In this document: positions 32,196-39,645 of the stretch, one piece after another | Layout: every line of letters starts with the position of its first letter | Numbering within the stretch: position 1 is the first letter of the stretch | DNA from: a virus | Direction: 5' to 3' (one strand) | IMG/VR virus record: IMGVR_UViG_3300045988_065940 | Length of the DNA: 44,260 nucleotides | Program-made: the position numbers and the translations under genes | Notes under the pieces: generated by a model | Databases searched by the model: none | Seen by the model: only the letters and a program-made list of their open reading frames with translations | What the model was told of the DNA's origin: nothing

Positions 32196-33149
32196 ATGAA
32201 GAGAACCATAGCATTTCTACTTGCAGTTGTAATGCTGTTTTCACTCGCTGCGTGCGGGGCGAAACGAGAAAGCGCTCAAAGCGTAGCGGAAAAAGCAATA
32301 CAGGCTGTGCAAAAATTCGATGATGAGCAAATGCAGAATTACTGGGGCACATCCAGTATAAGCACCGGCAACAGTGAAATATCTGACCTTAATATCGAGT
32401 GTGTCAAGGCTATGTTTGCAAATCTGACCTACGAAGTAGTCTCAAGCGAAGAAAACGATTCTACGGCGGCAGTGAATGTGAAATTCACCAATATTGATGT
32501 AGCTAAGGCATTCACCGATGCGCTGAGCGTCGTTATCGTTAAATCCCTGCAAAACGCTTTCGGCGGGGCAGAAGATTTTGACGAAGATGCCATCATGAGT
32601 GAAGAATTGCTTAAAGCCCTCCAGAGCGGCAGCTATGATAAGGTAACCAAAGAAGCTACCATAAATCTGATTTTGAAAGATGATGCATGGGTTATCGATC
32701 CCGAATGCAAAGACGCCGTTTTTAATGCTATGCTTGCCGACCTCGATTCTGCTACTGACGGGTTTGCTGAAAATGAAGATCCCGACCGTGCACTTATAAG
32801 CGAGGTTAGAAACTGGGCTGTAGATCTGTGGAATGACGGTATATGTGAAATGCAGTGGTACTATGGTAGTGGTACTAACTCATCAGGCGGCACCATAGAC
32901 CCCGAGTTTACTATAAGCCAAATGGCAAAGGAAATGGAAAAGAAAGCCGACTATGATGCTAAAATGGCAGCTCTGCCGGACGAATATGTTGAAATCGCCG
33001 ATCTATGGGCTAAAGTATCTGGTGAAATAGATGTGCTTTATTCCGCAATACAGGAACAAGGCCCGAGCCGCGATGGTGCGGGAATTGATGTTAGCCTATA
33101 TGAACAGTATTTTGACGCATTTGATGACGCCGTTTTTGAATTAGACTAA
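32196..33149 (+). CDS. Secreted lipoprotein (317 aa), lysogeny-module moron
   Basis: Signal peptide MKRTIAFLLAVVMLFSLAAC with lipobox LAAC. The mature part is acidic. AAAGGGGAAGAG RBS. Confidence 0.8.
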   Translation: MKRTIAFLLAVVMLFSLAACGAKRESAQSVAEKAIQAVQKFDDEQMQNYWGTSSISTGNSEISDLNIECVKAMFANLTYEVVSSEENDSTAAVNVKFTNIDVAKAFTDALSVVIVKSLQNAFGGAEDFDEDAIMSEELLKALQSGSYDKVTKEATINLILKDDAWVIDPECKDAVFNAMLADLDSATDGFAENEDPDRALISEVRNWAVDLWNDGICEMQWYYGSGTNSSGGTIDPEFTISQMAKEMEKKADYDAKMAALPDEYVEIADLWAKVSGEIDVLYSAIQEQGPSRDGAGIDVSLYEQYFDAFDDAVFELD

Positions 33150-33158
33150 TTTTAAACC

Positions 33159-33192
33159 GCCCGCTCCGCCGCTGCAACCCGACGGAGCGGGC
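33159..33192 (+). terminator. Strong hairpin after the lipoprotein gene (weak U-tract)
   Basis: Perfect 10-bp stem GCCCGCTCCG/CGGAGCGGGC with a 14-nt loop. Confidence 0.4.
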
Positions 33193-33353
33193 TGTAACAG
33201 ATATCCCTTGTAAACCTTTTATCTGCTACGGTTATAGCGTAACAAAATGTACCTCCGAAATCTACAACGAAATCGCCGAAATGACGCTTTTTCAATAGTT
33301 TCGCCAAAAACAAGAACATTTCGGCGAAAACAAGAATGCTTTGGAGATGATAA

Positions 33354-33914
33354 TTGACCGTGCAATCGACTTATGAAATTCCCGATTTGACTGTGGTTTT
33401 CGCCAAAATCCGCAAAGGCAAGGACGCATCGGGGCTAACCAATCAGGAAATCGCCGACAAGTCCGGCATCGCGTACAACACCGTGTGCAATATAACCGCC
33501 GGTACTGCAAAGCAGGTTTCGTTCCACAGCGTCGCCGCCATATGCGTTGTTCTCGGCCTGTCGCTCGATGAAACGTTGGGTTTGCGCGACACCGATACTA
33601 ACGACTATATCCGTGAGCTTGAGATTGAAAACGCCTGCGCTAAAAATGACGTTGAGCACCACAAGCGCATGAACGCCGTTTACAGGCCGCTGATCTTCTG
33701 CCTTGTCGGTGTATGCGCAATTCTGCTGTGCGCAACCATCGGATATGTAATATTTGATATACAGCTTAAAAACATCGGTCTGTTCCGCTCCGGCGGCTTA
33801 ACTTTGCTGGCCGTGTTCCTGGCTATCGTGGTGCTTGCTGCCGTCGTCCTGATCGTCTTTGCAGTGAAAACCGTAATCCACGATGCTAAAACAGCAAAAA
33901 GCCCACAGGATTAA
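33354..33914 (+). CDS. Membrane-anchored XRE-family HTH protein
   Basis: N-terminal HTH (...LTNQEIADKSGIAYNTVCNITAG...) followed by two predicted TM helices (PLIFCLVGVCAILLCATIGYVIF and LTLLAVFLAIVVLAAVVLIVFAV). TTG/GTG start. Confidence 0.7.
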   Translation: MTVQSTYEIPDLTVVFAKIRKGKDASGLTNQEIADKSGIAYNTVCNITAGTAKQVSFHSVAAICVVLGLSLDETLGLRDTDTNDYIRELEIENACAKNDVEHHKRMNAVYRPLIFCLVGVCAILLCATIGYVIFDIQLKNIGLFRSGGLTLLAVFLAIVVLAAVVLIVFAVKTVIHDAKTAKSPQD

Positions 33915-33978
33915 TTTTGTGAGCATTATTCGCTATAAAATTATTTTCGGCGAATATCTAAGGGGGGCAAAGCGAATA

Positions 33979-35076
33979 ATGAAATGTAAAAAATGCAAAG
34001 CCGATATACCGGATGAACTTCATCCCGTGTACTGCTGCTACTGCGGCGAGAAGCTTCAGCGCGAGCGAAAGAAGAAAGACGAGATCAAAATACCCACGCC
34101 GCGCAAGCGTGGGCAGAAGTGGTATGTTGATCTTCGGCGCGAGGGCGTGATGGTGATCGAGGCCACCGAGGCCGAGGCGAGGGCAAAGGCGCTGGCAATT
34201 CGCACGGGAGTTGTCGCCGCCGAGAAAAAGCGCCCCCCACTCACGCTGCGGCAGGCAATAGATAATTATATCAACGATCGAGATAACGCCCTTTCGCCTT
34301 CCACCATTCGCGGCTACTACACGATCCAGCGCAATGCGTTTGCTGATGTAATGGATGAAGATATCCACGCCGTGCGCAACTGGCAAGCCGTTGTTAACGA
34401 AGAAGCTGGGCGCGTCGCGGCGAAAACAGTCAAAAATGAATGGCGGCTGACTAAATCGGTTCTGAAGCAAAACGGTGTTGCTTTTGATGTTACATCGCTG
34501 CCGCAAGTAGTACACGACGAGCTCCCGTGGCTGAACTACGATCAGATAAAAATATTCCTTGCCGCTGTGCGCGGTGCACCATGCGAGCTGGGGGCGCTGT
34601 TCGCGCTTCATAGCTTGCGCCGTTCCGAGTTGTTAGCGTTGACGCCTGATAAAATAAAAGATGGGAAAATATTAGTTCACGGAAGCGCAGTATTGAATAA
34701 GGATAATAAGCTTATTCAGAAGCGGGAAAATAAAAATACTCCATCTCGCCGAGAAATTGAAATTATGATACCGCGCCTTGAGGAACTTCTTGCAGAGAAC
34801 ACTACGCCAGTTGGTACGCCGTACATTCGTTTCAATCCTAATACTCTACGCGCTCAGATAAATCGGATCTGCGAACAAAGCGAGTTGCCGCTGGTTGGCG
34901 TTCACGGTCTACGGCGCAGCTTTGCATCGCTGGCGTATCATCTCGGCTGGGCGGAGCAGCAGACAATGAAAGTCGGTGGTTGGGCGGACTATAAGACTGT
35001 GCACGATATCTATGTTAAGCTTGCCGCGGCCGATGAAAAGCGTGATATAGATCGTATGAAAGCGTTCTTTAATTGA
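33979..35076 (+). CDS. int: Tyrosine integrase with N-terminal zinc ribbon
   Basis: The ATG at 33979 has an AAGGGGGG RBS. Contains CKKC...CCYC at the N-terminus, HGLRRSF (HxxR) and ...VHDIYV (catalytic Tyr region). It is adjacent to attP. Confidence 0.9.
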   Translation: MKCKKCKADIPDELHPVYCCYCGEKLQRERKKKDEIKIPTPRKRGQKWYVDLRREGVMVIEATEAEARAKALAIRTGVVAAEKKRPPLTLRQAIDNYINDRDNALSPSTIRGYYTIQRNAFADVMDEDIHAVRNWQAVVNEEAGRVAAKTVKNEWRLTKSVLKQNGVAFDVTSLPQVVHDELPWLNYDQIKIFLAAVRGAPCELGALFALHSLRRSELLALTPDKIKDGKILVHGSAVLNKDNKLIQKRENKNTPSRREIEIMIPRLEELLAENTTPVGTPYIRFNPNTLRAQINRICEQSELPLVGVHGLRRSFASLAYHLGWAEQQTMKVGGWADYKTVHDIYVKLAAADEKRDIDRMKAFFN

Positions 35077-35145
35077 AAATTTACAACAATTCTTACAACA
35101 TCGGCGTAAAATCCTTGATTTATCAATACTTTTAGCTGATACTTC

Positions 35146-35172
35146 ACGGGTTCAAGTCCCGCCTCGCGCACC
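35146..35172 (+). other. attP core: 3' fragment of a tRNA (T-arm, acceptor 3' strand and CCA)
   Basis: CGGGTTCAAGTCCCGCCTCGCGCACCA contains the GGTTCAAGTCC T-loop and ends in ACCA. No matching 5' acceptor strand, D-arm or anticodon arm lies upstream, so it is not a complete gene. Confidence 0.65.
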
Positions 35173-35183
35173 ATAAAAAGAGA

Positions 35184-35220
35184 AATCCCGTAGTTATTGA
35201 AACTGCGGGATTTTCTTTGT
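35184..35220 (+). terminator. Intrinsic terminator following the tRNA fragment
   Basis: AATCCCGTAG...CTGCGGGATT stem followed by TTTTCTTTGT. Confidence 0.6.
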
Positions 35221-35349
35221 TTATCAATGATTTGCGGGTTTTACACTGTGCAGATATTTTCCACAAATTTCAGACAACATCTGCCGTTTGCAGGGCTTTT
35301 AAGTGGCCATTTTACACCACTTTTTACACCACCTAAAAAATGGGTGGTG

Positions 35350-35829
35350 TTATTCCACGTCCACAATCCCTAAGTAATACGCTGCCATCTTTGCATTGGG
35401 GCTTTTTGCGTCCTTATCGAACAAAAACGCCTTTGCCATGCAAGCGTAAAATTCGGGTGTGCCTACGTTGTATTTATTGGCGACGGTGCAGTAATCCGAA
35501 TACATCATGTTCATTGCGACGTTCCAGCAATAATCGGTTATGTGATCGAATTTTACGCCGATAGACTGTGCGACTGCCGTTGTCTGCGCAATCGTCCAGT
35601 GCCCGCCGGTCGTGCCGTCGTCGTTCAGCATTTTAGAGTTCCATGCCTCCGCGTCGTCACGAGTGAATTTACCTGTGCGGCATAGGCACTGTTCCATGCT
35701 GTCTATCGCTTCCCAGCAATCTACCATGCCATGCACTGCCTGATACGTCCGCTCTGTGGACGGTGAGGCCATGTATTCAGATATGGCATTTTCAAGCTTT
35801 TCTTTGTAAGCTTTGATTTTATCTTTCAT
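35350..35829 (-). CDS. Cargo protein P5 (159 aa), hypothetical
   Basis: The ATG at 35829 overlaps the P4 stop (ATGA). It has a conserved-looking ...HWTIAQTT...NMMYSDY... core. I cannot name the family. Confidence 0.6.
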   Translation of the reverse strand: MKDKIKAYKEKLENAISEYMASPSTERTYQAVHGMVDCWEAIDSMEQCLCRTGKFTRDDAEAWNSKMLNDDGTTGGHWTIAQTTAVAQSIGVKFDHITDYCWNVAMNMMYSDYCTVANKYNVGTPEFYACMAKAFLFDKDAKSPNAKMAAYYLGIVDVE

Positions 35830-36266
35830 GCCAGTTTCACCATGCTTGCGCAAACATGCGTAACGGTACCCGCAATACCGCCGATAACCGCGCTGATCGT
35901 CGGCGCGCCATTGCAACATACGGGAATGTAAATTGTGGTTTCTACATGCAGCGAATAAATATTATTTGCCGCTGTAGTCACCTGCGCATCTGCGCACGGA
36001 AGCGCGATAGTGTCTTTAAACGCATTCAGCGTCGCCGTGCCTGCGCCGCCTGCCGTGAATGTTACATCATAGCTAATACGATAAAGGCCGCTGGACGCGA
36101 CTACAAAGCCGCCTGTAACGGTGTCGATAGAACATCCTGTGTCGGTGTTCAGCACGCCCAGAACATTAACCGGAGTTCCAGCAGCGGCGAAAGTCTGCGA
36201 TGCATTGTTATATGCATTCTGCGCACTTTTGTAGTGCTGATTTTTCAGTTTTGAATTACAAGCCAT
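35826..36266 (-). CDS. Cargo protein P4 (146 aa), C1q/TNF-like BclA C-terminal-domain-like
   Basis: The ATG at 36266 has a GAAAGGAAAA RBS. The beta-rich sequence with GLYRISYDVTF and the C-terminal ...ASMVKLA resembles the BclA C-terminal jelly-roll as I remember it. Confidence 0.5.
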   Translation of the reverse strand: MACNSKLKNQHYKSAQNAYNNASQTFAAAGTPVNVLGVLNTDTGCSIDTVTGGFVVASSGLYRISYDVTFTAGGAGTATLNAFKDTIALPCADAQVTTAANNIYSLHVETTIYIPVCCNGAPTISAVIGGIAGTVTHVCASMVKLA

Positions 36267-36286
36267 TGTAAATTTTCCTTTCAATT

Positions 36287-36324
36287 TTAAAATTAAAAGC
36301 CCGGACAGCGTAAACCATCCGGGC
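36287..36324 (-). terminator. Intrinsic terminator between P3 and P4
   Basis: Minus strand has GCCCGGA...TCCGGGC followed by TTTTAATTTT. Confidence 0.55.
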
Positions 36325-36352
36325 AAACGCTGTTAAAGCGGTCTAATGCGTG

Positions 36353-36955
36353 TTATGCACAGCCGCAGCCGCTATTGCAGCCGCAGAAGGGCGACACACC
36401 GGCATTATAAGTGTAGCCGTTGGGGTAACGGACCACGCCATACATGCGATTATCCATTTCAAGGCTGGCAATACGCGCCGACTGTTCGGCAATACGCTGT
36501 TCAAGCTGCGACTTTTCCAGCGCTGCAAACTTTGCTTCGAGGTTCGCGTTAACGCCGTCAATTGCTCGCTGTGTCTTGCAGCAGCAGTCGGCAAGCTGTG
36601 CCTGGATGCTGTTACCGGTCTGCATAATGGTCATGTTCGTGCCATTCTGAGCAAGCGCCATCTCTTTACCGAGCTGGCCGATGTTGCCCTGCGCATCGTA
36701 GCCAAGACTGCAAATGCCGTTGCCGATACTGGTAAGGCGATCATTAAGCTGGCCGAAATGCTGGCCGAAAAGGATCTCCTGCTGTGATGCAGCGGTTGCA
36801 TACTGGCCATAATCGCCGTTGCGATTGCCCCAGAAGCCGCCGCCCATGAACACAAACAAAAACAGAATGATAATCCACCATGCGCCGCCATTGCCCCAAC
36901 CGTCATTATCGTTGCGAGTTACGGCGGCGATGTCACTGAGAGACATAGTATCCAT
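36353..36955 (-). CDS. Cargo protein P3 (200 aa): single-pass membrane protein with coiled coil and Cys-rich C-terminus
   Basis: AAAGGAGAAAA RBS. Contains a GAWWIIILFLFVFMGGGFWG TM segment, a CCCK motif and the C-terminal FCGCNSGCGCA. Confidence 0.65.
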   Translation of the reverse strand: MDTMSLSDIAAVTRNDNDGWGNGGAWWIIILFLFVFMGGGFWGNRNGDYGQYATAASQQEILFGQHFGQLNDRLTSIGNGICSLGYDAQGNIGQLGKEMALAQNGTNMTIMQTGNSIQAQLADCCCKTQRAIDGVNANLEAKFAALEKSQLEQRIAEQSARIASLEMDNRMYGVVRYPNGYTYNAGVSPFCGCNSGCGCA

Positions 36956-37003
36956 AGTTTTCTCCTTTCGTCAGAAATTTTATATAAACCGTGTCGACCC
37001 GGC

Positions 37004-37225
37004 TTATTTCAGAAATTTCATAAATTCATCTGCTTGCTGTTTAAGCTGTTCAAACTGCGCCTGTGACATTCTGCCGGAACTTAAAAACTGCTGAACTTGC
37101 TGCTGGGCTTTTTCGGGTGTCATGCCCTGCGCGAATTTGCGAAATTCAGCTATCATTGCAATAGGGTTATTCGGCATTCGCTTTCCCACGCTTTGCCCTA
37201 ACATCTGCATCATCGGATTTGCCAT
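37004..37225 (-). CDS. Cargo protein P2 (73 aa), Gln-rich helical
   Basis: GGAGGA RBS 8 nt upstream. It overlaps the P1 3' end by 59 nt in another frame. Confidence 0.5.
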   Translation of the reverse strand: MANPMMQMLGQSVGKRMPNNPIAMIAEFRKFAQGMTPEKAQQQVQQFLSSGRMSQAQFEQLKQQADEFMKFLK

Positions 37226-37544
37226 TTAATATGTCCTCCAGTCGCTTTATTCTGATTTCAAGATCATTCACGTTTACTTCGGGCGCGGCCTGATAAGGCG
37301 CGATGGAATACGGCGTTATCGTCGGATAACCTGCGCCGTCAGTTGTTTTCAGCCACACTATAGGATCGTTTTCATCCAGCAGCAGCACCGAGCTGTCAGC
37401 GGCCATCCTGAACGCGTCAGCGCCGTTTCTGCCGTTCACTTTGATAACTTGGCATCTTTGCGGCATCTGCGCTCCTGTGCCCATCTGTGGCGTGTAGGGC
37501 GGTGCATATCCATAGCCGTTTCCGTAACCGTACATTCCGTTCAT
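37167..37544 (-). CDS. Cargo protein P1 (125 aa) with Gly/Tyr-rich N-terminus
   Basis: AAAGGGGG RBS. The N-terminus is MNGMYGYGNGYGYAPPYTPQ, followed by a globular segment and a coiled-coil tail. Confidence 0.6.
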   Translation of the reverse strand: MNGMYGYGNGYGYAPPYTPQMGTGAQMPQRCQVIKVNGRNGADAFRMAADSSVLLLDENDPIVWLKTTDGAGYPTITPYSIAPYQAAPEVNVNDLEIRIKRLEDILNGKSDDADVRAKRGKANAE

Positions 37545-37583
37545 GGGTTAACCCCCTTTATTTTTTCTGCCTAAATCATCGCA

Positions 37584-37617
37584 TAAAAAAAGCCCCGTAA
37601 CATGTCAGTTACAGGGC
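37584..37617 (-). terminator. Intrinsic terminator (second of a tandem pair) upstream of the cargo cluster
   Basis: Minus strand has GCCCTGTAAC-TGACAT-GTTACGGGGC followed by TTTTTTT. Confidence 0.7.
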
Positions 37618-37630
37618 GATAATGTGTCAT

Positions 37631-37664
37631 AAAAAAAGAGGGTAACGCATAATGCGCTACCCTT
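37631..37664 (-). terminator. Intrinsic terminator overlapping the stop of the sigma-r4-like gene
   Basis: Minus strand has GGGTAGCGCA-TTA-TGCGTTACCC followed by TCTTTTTTT. Confidence 0.7.
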
Positions 37665-37899
37665 TAGCTATGTCCGCTATTTTGTTTTTGATGCTGCGTA
37701 TACGCCGGTTGATCGTTTCAACACTGCAATGCCGCCGGTCGGCTATTTCGATGATGGATAATCCGTCGGCGCGTAGATTAAGTATCGTCTTTTCTTCAAG
37801 CGTAAAGCCGCATTCAGCTATCAGCCGTTCGCGCAATGCCGTTGGAAATTGCAGCTTGCATTTTCGCTTCGGCTGCGCTATTTCTTTCAAGGCTTCCAT
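37657..37899 (-). CDS. Small sigma-70 region-4 / LuxR-type HTH regulator (80 aa)
   Basis: ...LEEKTILNLRADGLSIIEIADRRHCSVETINRRIRSIKNKI... matches the region-4 HTH pattern. It is too short to be a complete sigma factor. Confidence 0.6.
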   Translation of the reverse strand: MEALKEIAQPKRKCKLQFPTALRERLIAECGFTLEEKTILNLRADGLSIIEIADRRHCSVETINRRIRSIKNKIADIAKG

Positions 37900-38031
37900 T
37901 GTCACCGCCTATCAAAGCTTCATAGATGATATCGGCAAGGTTTGCCGATGCTTCGTCAATGCCGTTTATCCGGCAAAATTCTTTGATGGTTGCAGTCATC
38001 AAACAGCCTCCGTTTTATGGTTTACAAGGGA

Positions 38032-38295
38032 TTACTTATCACACTTCGGCTTATCGTACTCCATAGCCTGTCTGCTGTCGCTGACTCCGGCGGTCGTCGG
38101 GTCTGTGACTACGCCGAGAATGGTAAGCACCGCGAACAGCGCGTTTACAACGGCCAGCAGCTTGTCTCCCAGCGCGTCAAGCTTGAGATCGATGCCGAAC
38201 ACAGCCGCCACCACCTGAATAAGCAGCAGCACCGCCGGAACGAGCGCGAGCCAAAAGGTTTTGTTTTTAAGTCTTACAGTCCAGTTGATTTTCAT
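38032..38295 (-). CDS. Holin, phage phi-LC3 family
   Basis: MKINWTVRLKNKTFWLALVPAVLLLIQ...GVVTDPTTAGVSDS pattern, 87 aa, next to the endolysin. Confidence 0.9.
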   Translation of the reverse strand: MKINWTVRLKNKTFWLALVPAVLLLIQVVAAVFGIDLKLDALGDKLLAVVNALFAVLTILGVVTDPTTAGVSDSRQAMEYDKPKCDK

Positions 38296-38309
38296 AAATG
38301 TGCCTCCTG

Positions 38310-38543
38310 TTAATGATGATGATTTTTCATGTCTTCTTCAAGATCGCTTATGCGATGGTTGATTACCTTAATCTGTTCCTCTACCACAGGCATACGCTTT
38401 GCAAACTTGTTGTGCTCCCTGACCTCTCGTGTCAGCTCGATCACCTTTGTTTCCATTACCGCCTGAGATTTGTTATTGCTGATAAGTACGCCGATAAGCG
38501 TCAGCACGCCGGTTATGATAGCTACGACTACACTTTCAACCAT
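38310..38543 (-). CDS. Lysis-cassette membrane protein (N-terminal TM plus coiled coil; XhlA-like role possible)
   Basis: 77 aa between the endolysin and holin. Contains the motif HNKFAKRMPVVEEQIKVINHRISDLE and a His-rich C-terminus. Confidence 0.5.
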   Translation of the reverse strand: MVESVVVAIITGVLTLIGVLISNNKSQAVMETKVIELTREVREHNKFAKRMPVVEEQIKVINHRISDLEEDMKNHHH

Positions 38544-39247
38544 TATTTTTTAATTATCCTCTCGCAAAAAATTATCGTCCTGAGCATGTCCTCGGTCAGG
38601 TCAACCACGCCGTCGCCCTTGCCCTGAATAACGCCGTCGGCCATAAGCTTCTTAACCGTGTCGCGGTAAAAGCCCTCCGGCACATCCTCGATTTTGTTCC
38701 ATCTGACCATTTCTTCATCCTCCGTAAGTCTTTTGTTTACCTCGGCCGCTATCTGCCCGTGCCGCTCATAAAGCCACTGCCCGGGGCAGGCCTTGTTTTC
38801 ATAGTCGCGGTGAACGGTCATGTTACAGCCGCCTTTGTGGTTCATGCGGTCGTATTTGTCCGTTGACCAGACCAGCTTTGCAATTCCGTTTCGCTTGCAG
38901 ATATCGGCTACAAGGGTAATCAGTTTTTTATACACGGCATCTTTAACGGCGTAGGGGTGTCGGTTATCGCACGCAACCTCTATGGTCACGGCGCGCGCGT
39001 CGTTGGCGTTGTTGGACGTACACCAGCTGCGTTCACCTTCGGGAACATACATCCCCACGCGCCCATCTGCGCCTATGCCGTAGTTGGCACTTGCCTGCTT
39101 GGTCTGGAACAGCCTGCCTAACGTTTCAACTGCCGCCTGTGCCGCTGCGCAGTGGATTGTGATAGTGTCTATCGCGTGCCCGTTACGGCTGCCCCGGTGT
39201 GGGGATATCTGCGTGTAGTTCACAAGCGGACTGTTTGTGTAGGTCAT
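38543..39247 (-). CDS. N-acetylmuramoyl-L-alanine amidase endolysin (Amidase_2/PGRP type)
   Basis: ...IDTITIHC...SANYGIGADGRVG...AVTIEVA...TVHRDYENKACPG motifs, plus a C-terminal module of about 60 aa. Confidence 0.9.
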   Translation of the reverse strand: MTYTNSPLVNYTQISPHRGSRNGHAIDTITIHCAAAQAAVETLGRLFQTKQASANYGIGADGRVGMYVPEGERSWCTSNNANDARAVTIEVACDNRHPYAVKDAVYKKLITLVADICKRNGIAKLVWSTDKYDRMNHKGGCNMTVHRDYENKACPGQWLYERHGQIAAEVNKRLTEDEEMVRWNKIEDVPEGFYRDTVKKLMADGVIQGKGDGVVDLTEDMLRTIIFCERIIKK

Positions 39248-39645
39248 TATACTTCCTCCCTCACCATCGCCGCGATATGCCGCAAATCTTCAATCGGGGC
39301 ACTGTAAAGTGCATCGCTCCACAGCCAGTAGTCAACATGGTCGCGGCGCTTATACTTGCGGCTTATCTCATCCGCCCAGACTTTATCCCACCGTGCCTGA
39401 TGGTCTTCGTCCTGCTTCTCAAGCGTTTTAGTAATGCTCTCTATCAGCTTGCCGCGCTCTACGCCGTTGCCGTCGGCGGCGTAGCAGAAGAACTTATGCG
39501 CCGTATCGCTCGCGGTCGTGCATATTGGGCTGCCGTCGAGAAACAGAAAGCCGTCGCTCTCGCTTATCTCCGTGCCGTAGGGGATGTTGACCGCACCGCA
39601 CAGCGCGTTGAACTTCGCCCTTTTTCGGCAAATGTAGTCAGCCAT
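39247..39645 (-). CDS. Hypothetical protein (132 aa) between the fibre genes and the endolysin
   Basis: Tight coupling on both sides. No motif recognised. Confidence 0.5.
   Translation of the reverse strand: MADYICRKRAKFNALCGAVNIPYGTEISESDGFLFLDGSPICTTASDTAHKFFCYAADGNGVERGKLIESITKTLEKQDEDHQARWDKVWADEISRKYKRRDHVDYWLWSDALYSAPIEDLRHIAAMVREEV

Noticed and set aside
35097-35172. Possible complete tRNA gene next to the integrase
   Set aside because: Only the T-arm, acceptor 3' strand and CCA are present. The 76 nt upstream contain no complementary 5' acceptor strand (GCGCGAG expected), D-arm or anticodon stem. It is interpreted as the attP core.
37814-38002. 62-aa minus-strand ORF between the holin and the sigma-r4-like gene
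   Set aside because: Its 3' 92 nt overlap the sigma-r4-like ORF in another frame. I see no strong RBS and no slippery site that would fuse the two. It is left unannotated, though a short N-terminal peptide or a fusion cannot be excluded.
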